DNA of 64,000 nucleotides from contig OZ242376.1 of the NCBI GenBank assembly GCA_965209085.1, positions 64,001 to 128,000 on the forward strand. The letters run 5' to 3'. Origin of the DNA: Nitrosopumilaceae archaeon. GTDB taxonomy: Archaea > Thermoproteota > Nitrososphaeria > Nitrososphaerales > Nitrosopumilaceae. The notes under the pieces are model-generated. The model had not been told where the DNA came from and made no database searches. It saw nothing but the letters and a program-made list of their open reading frames with translations. The position numbers and the translations under genes are program-made. Position 1 is the first letter of the stretch; the number at the start of each line of letters is the position of its first letter. Below are positions 59,252-64,000 of the stretch, one piece after another.

Positions 59252-60118
59252 ATGAATATAAAGACAATAGGAACACTGTTTGTTTTATTTTCTTTGATTT
59301 CCGGAATTGGCATAACACAAGCATACGGTGATCATAGTATGGCATCTGTAAGTATTCCTTCAGGAAGTAGCGTTCAAGGGTGTGAAGAAACTAACGAGTG
59401 TTTTATACCATATGAGGTTACAGTTGACAAAGGCGGAGAAGTAATTTGGACAAACGATGACACTGCTGTTCATACTGTCACTAGCGGCAGTGCCGCTAAC
59501 GGTCCAGATGACGTATTTGATTCTTCCATAGTAAGCCCTGGTGCAGAATTCAGCTATATACCAACTAATGATGGCACATTTGATTATTTCTGTATAGTCC
59601 ATCCATGGATGGTTGGAATAGTTACAGTTTTAGCTGAAGGTATGGATGACATGATGATCCCAGAGACCACACCGGCAGTAATGATGAGCCAGGATGGTGA
59701 TTATATGATCAAAGTTTACCCTCATACAGAACCAGTTGCAAATGAAATGTTTGCCTTTACAGTAGTTGTGACAGACTCTAATGATGGCGAAACCGTACAC
59801 CTAAACTATGACGTAATGGCAATGCAAGACGGTCAAACCGTACTAGAAAAATCAGAAATTCACGCGCATCAAGGCATGAAAAAACACATAACATCCATGC
59901 TCAATTCAGATTCTCCTGTTACCGTTTCAATAACACTGCAAGGATTTGGCGTAGACATGCAAGACAAGAGTGATCGTACCGGTCCAATAGGTGAAACTAT
60001 AGAATTGAACATTGTTCCAGAATTTGGTACAATAGCTATACTAGTACTAGCAGTGGCAATCATATCAATAGTCGCAGTCACTACAAAATCTAGATTAAGC
60101 ATAACACCAAGACTTTAA
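59252..60118 (+). CDS. plastocyanin/cupredoxin-domain protein with PEFG-CTERM
   Basis: WTNDD..HTVT, YFCIVHPWM type-1 Cu site, VPEFG plus TM and basic tail. Confidence 0.93.
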   Translation: MNIKTIGTLFVLFSLISGIGITQAYGDHSMASVSIPSGSSVQGCEETNECFIPYEVTVDKGGEVIWTNDDTAVHTVTSGSAANGPDDVFDSSIVSPGAEFSYIPTNDGTFDYFCIVHPWMVGIVTVLAEGMDDMMIPETTPAVMMSQDGDYMIKVYPHTEPVANEMFAFTVVVTDSNDGETVHLNYDVMAMQDGQTVLEKSEIHAHQGMKKHITSMLNSDSPVTVSITLQGFGVDMQDKSDRTGPIGETIELNIVPEFGTIAILVLAVAIISIVAVTTKSRLSITPRL

Positions 60119-60169
60119 TTAAAATAATTATTTATTTTTTTACAACACTTACCGTAGGTACGTCATAAT

Positions 60170-60787
60170 TTATTTTCTTTTAATCATGGCTATAACAGCC
60201 AATATGACACCTGCAATTCCAAATGAAATTCCAAATATTGCCAAATCATATGCTGCACCTGCATCGTTATCAGTTTGTACGTTTGAGGTCATTTCGCGTA
60301 CTTGTTGTTGCAAGGCCGACATTGAAGATTTTAGCGCCGTTACATCCTGATCCGATCCTCCTTTGGATGCAGGAAAATCCAGTACGGCGGTACCTTCTAC
60401 ATCTTCTATTGGAACAATTATGTCCACATCAACCCCGTTTACCATGCCTGAAAATTCTACAGAATACGAACCTGTTTTGGTGGGAATTACAGATGCAAAA
60501 TAATGTCCTGGCCGGGATTCAGAACCAACGTCAAGTATCTTTTTTTCACCGCCAAATATTGCAGTGGCGAGCATGTTTCTGAACGCGTTTTTAACTCCCG
60601 AGGAAACACCTTTCACATCCCCCGGCTCGGTTACTTGTATTACAAAATCATTACGCAGGCCCACTATTGGGGGCTCTATGCCCCAACCAATTTCTATATC
60701 ATACTGGTCTACGGAAACGGTGGTGTGCGCAGCAGCTGCGGGAATGGAACAGACCAGTACAAGCAGAAGGGGCGCAATAGTGCGCAT
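60170..60787 (-). CDS. secreted/membrane-anchored protein with N-terminal His
   Basis: Start MRTIAP; AAAH cleavage site, GWGIEPP, PTKTGSY, coiled coil, C-terminal TM. Confidence 0.75.
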   Translation of the reverse strand: MRTIAPLLLVLVCSIPAAAAHTTVSVDQYDIEIGWGIEPPIVGLRNDFVIQVTEPGDVKGVSSGVKNAFRNMLATAIFGGEKKILDVGSESRPGHYFASVIPTKTGSYSVEFSGMVNGVDVDIIVPIEDVEGTAVLDFPASKGGSDQDVTALKSSMSALQQQVREMTSNVQTDNDAGAAYDLAIFGISFGIAGVILAVIAMIKRK

Positions 60788-60861
60788 GAATAAACGACTA
60801 TTGTATGGAATTTTAACATTATGATTGGACGTTTTAAATTGTCGTGACCATAACTGGTACC

Positions 60862-63615
60862 ATGATGAGGATAATCCCCATACTATTCTTATTGACTGTG
60901 GCAGTACCTGCATCGGTCTTGGCACATCCGTTTACCGAGATAACCGTGCCAGAGCAGTTCTCAAACGCTCCGGAAGGAACGGATCGCATAATAGTTACAT
61001 ATTCTGAAGCCATCGAGATTGACTTTAGTTCCCTAAAGGTGTATGATGGTGGAGGATTACAGATAGACGAACGCAATACCGCATATTATGACGGTATCAA
61101 CTCACTTGTGGTCACCACCAAACCCCTCAAAGAAGGCGTGTATACGGTTACAAGCAAAGTGCTCTCACGAGTGGATGGGCATCTGGTAAATTACGCGTTT
61201 GTTTTTGCCGTGGGGGGCGCAAAAATTGATCCAGCACTTTTGGATGATAAACCCAATGCGGAACTTGTCTATTATCCTGAAGCTGCTGCAATAGTTCCAG
61301 GATACATTGGACAGACTATGATACTGGGAGGAGTTATCATGTCGTTTTTTGTATGGAAATTGTACAAAGGAAAAATCGATGATGCAGATCTAATTGAAAA
61401 ATATCGCGGAAAATTCATGTCGTTTACGGGGGCAGGTCTTATTGCAGTGCTAGCTTCGGACATATTCGTACTTGCAGTGCACAGCTTTAGGCTTGAAGTT
61501 GGGGCATTGGATTCATTACAGACCACGTTTGGAGCTACATGGATCCTAAGATTTTCCATTACCATAGCCATGTTAAGTCTGTGGTTTGTAATGGAAAAAA
61601 AGACAATTTTCTCGCGTAAAAGTTTTGTTCCCCTGCTGATACTCTCCCTTATTCTAGTTGCTACCACCACAATGACGGGACACGCAACGGCAAGCGAGAA
61701 TACAATTGCCATGGTTCTTGACTATATGCATAATTTAGTTGCGGCAGTTTGGATTGGCGGTGTAATTTTTCTAGCATATTGTTTGTTTCCGGCATTAGTT
61801 GATTTACCAAAGACTGCGGTTGCATCTATTCCGCAATTTTCCATAATTTTTATAGCCGCGTTGGGAGTACTCATAGTTACAGGACCGTCATTGTTGTGGC
61901 TGTTAGAAGATGATCTAGATTCAGTCGTTTCATCCACATACGGCGTGTTAATAGCAATAAAAATAATTATTGCATCTGCCATGATAATAATGGGGGCATA
62001 TGCACAATTTTTTGTACAAAAAAAACTCCGTTCAGGCAAATGGAACAGTCATTTTGCATACAAGAAACTGCAAAAATCATTGCGTATGGAAGCTGTACTA
62101 GGATGCGTTCTTCTTATAGCTGTGGCATTGCTTGTAAACGGAACCCTTCCTGCCGGGGAAGTTTCCGCACTAAAAACTGATCAGAGCGTTTCGTACGGAC
62201 TGCAGACAACGGAGTTTGCCGGCGATCTGCGGTTTGAAATGGACATATTCCCGTATACAAGCGGAAACAACGTCATATCCGTATCCGTTACGAATCTAGC
62301 CGGTGAGCCGGTAGAAGATCTTGATAAAATAAAAATCAAAATATCAAACCCTCAGCGTGGAATTTCTCCTATTACCATAGAACAAAACTCTCAGGACACA
62401 AGCAGTTTTGAAGGAGAGGCTACGTTTGGATTTGCCGGAGAATGGCAGCTGGAAATTGAAGCACAAAGAACATCTAGCGCAAATGAAGCTGTATCGGTAT
62501 TTTTGAACATTAAACCTAGATTAGACGCGATAAAAACAGAAATTACCGAGTTTGAGCTGCCTAAAACCTCTCAACCTCTTTACGTGATATATGGATCAGA
62601 TGACAATGTCTGGCTTAGTGATCCGACGGCACCAAGAATATGGAAATTTTCTACACAAAACGAAGAATTTTCCGAATATGTGCTAGAAGGTAATTCTACC
62701 ATTACCTTGGAAGAGGATGCAAATGGTCTAATTTGGTTTACGGATATAAAATCTGGCACCATCGGCTCACTCAATCCGGATAATGGCACGGTACAAACAT
62801 TTACTTTACCAAAATTATATCCGTTAACACAAGACAATTTTCCCATATCGCTGGAATCACATGAGGGAAAGATATGGGTAACTGTCATAAACAAAAATGC
62901 AATTTTAAAACTTGATCCAAAATCCGAATCTTGGGAAGAGTTTATACTTCCAACTGAAAACTCTGGCCCGTTTTCACTTAAAGCTGATAATACGGGAAAA
63001 CTTTGGTTTACACAACAGTCGGTTGGACAGCTTGGTTTTATCGATATGAAAAGCGGAAATATTGTTGAATTGAATTTGGAAACATTGGTGGTTCCTGAGA
63101 CCATAACAGTTGGTAAAGACGGTACTATATGGGTGGCAGAACACGGAGAAGGTGGCGGAATAGCTGTCTATAACCATGTTTCAGGAACGCTCAAAAAAAT
63201 TCCTTCTCCATCATATTCGGCACTTGCAAACAGCGCAGTTTTTGACAAATATGGCAACGTCTGGTTTGCACAGCATACGGTTGATAATCTGGCAGTATAT
63301 GATCCACAGTCAGGGGCAGTCATGACCGTACCCATACCTACAAACCAATCGTGGGTACAATTTACAGCAGCTGGAACGGACGGTGATATCTGGTTTGTAG
63401 AACAAAATGCAAACAAATTGGGCAGGATGATCGTTTCCGAAGGAATTCCATCAGGTCCTGCTCCACAGCGTCAATCACAAGAAGGAACATCTAATCTTGC
63501 AACAGTTGCAGGTCCTCTTATGGCCGCGGGCATGGTGGCAACTTCGCTCTTTTTTGTAAAAGCAGTACATGACAAAAGAAAAACTGATCTTCTATTCAAA
63601 AACGGATCATTCTAA
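60862..63615 (+). CDS. CopC-CopD-YtkA-like/Vgb beta-propeller fusion (copper uptake/resistance)
   Basis: AHP...LSRVDGH (CopC), GHA..H...AVWIGG..VTG (CopD), GEWQLEI Ig domain, repeated G.VWF beta-propeller blades. Confidence 0.88.
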   Translation: MMRIIPILFLLTVAVPASVLAHPFTEITVPEQFSNAPEGTDRIIVTYSEAIEIDFSSLKVYDGGGLQIDERNTAYYDGINSLVVTTKPLKEGVYTVTSKVLSRVDGHLVNYAFVFAVGGAKIDPALLDDKPNAELVYYPEAAAIVPGYIGQTMILGGVIMSFFVWKLYKGKIDDADLIEKYRGKFMSFTGAGLIAVLASDIFVLAVHSFRLEVGALDSLQTTFGATWILRFSITIAMLSLWFVMEKKTIFSRKSFVPLLILSLILVATTTMTGHATASENTIAMVLDYMHNLVAAVWIGGVIFLAYCLFPALVDLPKTAVASIPQFSIIFIAALGVLIVTGPSLLWLLEDDLDSVVSSTYGVLIAIKIIIASAMIIMGAYAQFFVQKKLRSGKWNSHFAYKKLQKSLRMEAVLGCVLLIAVALLVNGTLPAGEVSALKTDQSVSYGLQTTEFAGDLRFEMDIFPYTSGNNVISVSVTNLAGEPVEDLDKIKIKISNPQRGISPITIEQNSQDTSSFEGEATFGFAGEWQLEIEAQRTSSANEAVSVFLNIKPRLDAIKTEITEFELPKTSQPLYVIYGSDDNVWLSDPTAPRIWKFSTQNEEFSEYVLEGNSTITLEEDANGLIWFTDIKSGTIGSLNPDNGTVQTFTLPKLYPLTQDNFPISLESHEGKIWVTVINKNAILKLDPKSESWEEFILPTENSGPFSLKADNTGKLWFTQQSVGQLGFIDMKSGNIVELNLETLVVPETITVGKDGTIWVAEHGEGGGIAVYNHVSGTLKKIPSPSYSALANSAVFDKYGNVWFAQHTVDNLAVYDPQSGAVMTVPIPTNQSWVQFTAAGTDGDIWFVEQNANKLGRMIVSEGIPSGPAPQRQSQEGTSNLATVAGPLMAAGMVATSLFFVKAVHDKRKTDLLFKNGSF

Positions 63616-64000
63616 ATCTGCTTAATACTGCCGATGTTGTAATTGCTATTGCAAGCACCAACAACGGTGCTCCAAGCTCTGGAATAACGACCACACCAAA
63701 TTCTGTTTCCTGTCCGGTCCCACGTATGTCCTCAAAGCGTATTACGGTCGGCCCGGTCTGTCCTTTGGCAAAAGTATATTCTTCATAATCTCCTCCAACT
63801 ATCGCCGTGCCTGATGTTTTGTATATCTCATTACCTGACTGTATTATTATAAAATCATATGATGAATGCCTCAGAGGTTCCCCTGTAGATCCATCTCTGA
63901 TTGTAAAAATGAATTTGGTCTTTTCTTCCTGGGATATTTCAAGAGGTACCCATGACAGATCGATCTGAAATTGCTCATCACGCGTGGTTGCAATAAAGGG
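63596..64000 (-). CDS. PEFG-CTERM surface protein, C-terminal part (truncated by window edge)
   Basis: Hand translation ends TEFGVVVIPELGAPLLVLAIAITTSAVLSRFRMIRF*. Confidence 0.8.
   Translation of the reverse strand, partial: PFIATTRDEQFQIDLSWVPLEISQEEKTKFIFTIRDGSTGEPLRHSSYDFIIIQSGNEIYKTSGTAIVGGDYEEYTFAKGQTGPTVIRFEDIRGTGQETEFGVVVIPELGAPLLVLAIAITTSAVLSRFRMIRF

Noticed and set aside
414-63416. Numerous antisense or alternate-frame ORFs in the ORF track (e.g. 726..1232, 5462..6043, 8577..9257, 11352..12023, 49438..50052, 52293..53003)
   Set aside because: They overlap well-supported genes and show no recognisable motifs; treated as shadow ORFs
1-64000. tRNA or rRNA genes
   Set aside because: No cloverleaf/T-loop consensus or rRNA-like segment recognised in any intergenic region by eye

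Overview
This window is a stretch of chromosome from an ammonia-oxidising archaeon (Nitrososphaerota/Thaumarchaeota, Nitrosopumilaceae-like). That assignment rests on the Amt, PEFG-CTERM and CFI-box surface proteins, IPxWVK-repeat proteins, CdvB, TFB, DP1 and Orc1/Cdc6. Most of the window is housekeeping: thrB, preQ0 genes (queC/queE/folE), guaA/guaB, mptE/folP, cysC, pheA, csl4, atpC, pyrH, tmk, a riboflavin operon and a copper/surface-protein cluster. It very probably contains the replication origin, seen as ORB repeats and an AT-rich unwinding element beside cdc6. The main finding is a conjugation-type (VirB4, VirB6-, VirB3/PrgI- and VirB2-like) plus type IV pilus (TadA, TadBC, pilins, giant pilin-adhesin) gene set. 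It is split over three loci (22.4-33.6 kb, 38.1-44.7 kb, 53.8-55.3 kb) interleaved with core genes, with no integrase, relaxase or coupling protein in view, which suggests a domesticated DNA-transfer or cell-contact apparatus. Other candidates are an unannotated ~90-nt multi-stem RNA (9719-9805), a 13-bp element placed symmetrically in front of cdc6 and its divergent neighbour, a Cas4 homologue lacking its nuclease motif, a histone-H1-like/half-SWIB basic protein, a triple repeat upstream of the riboflavin operon and two frameshifted genes. All family assignments are by motif recognition only; no searches were run.
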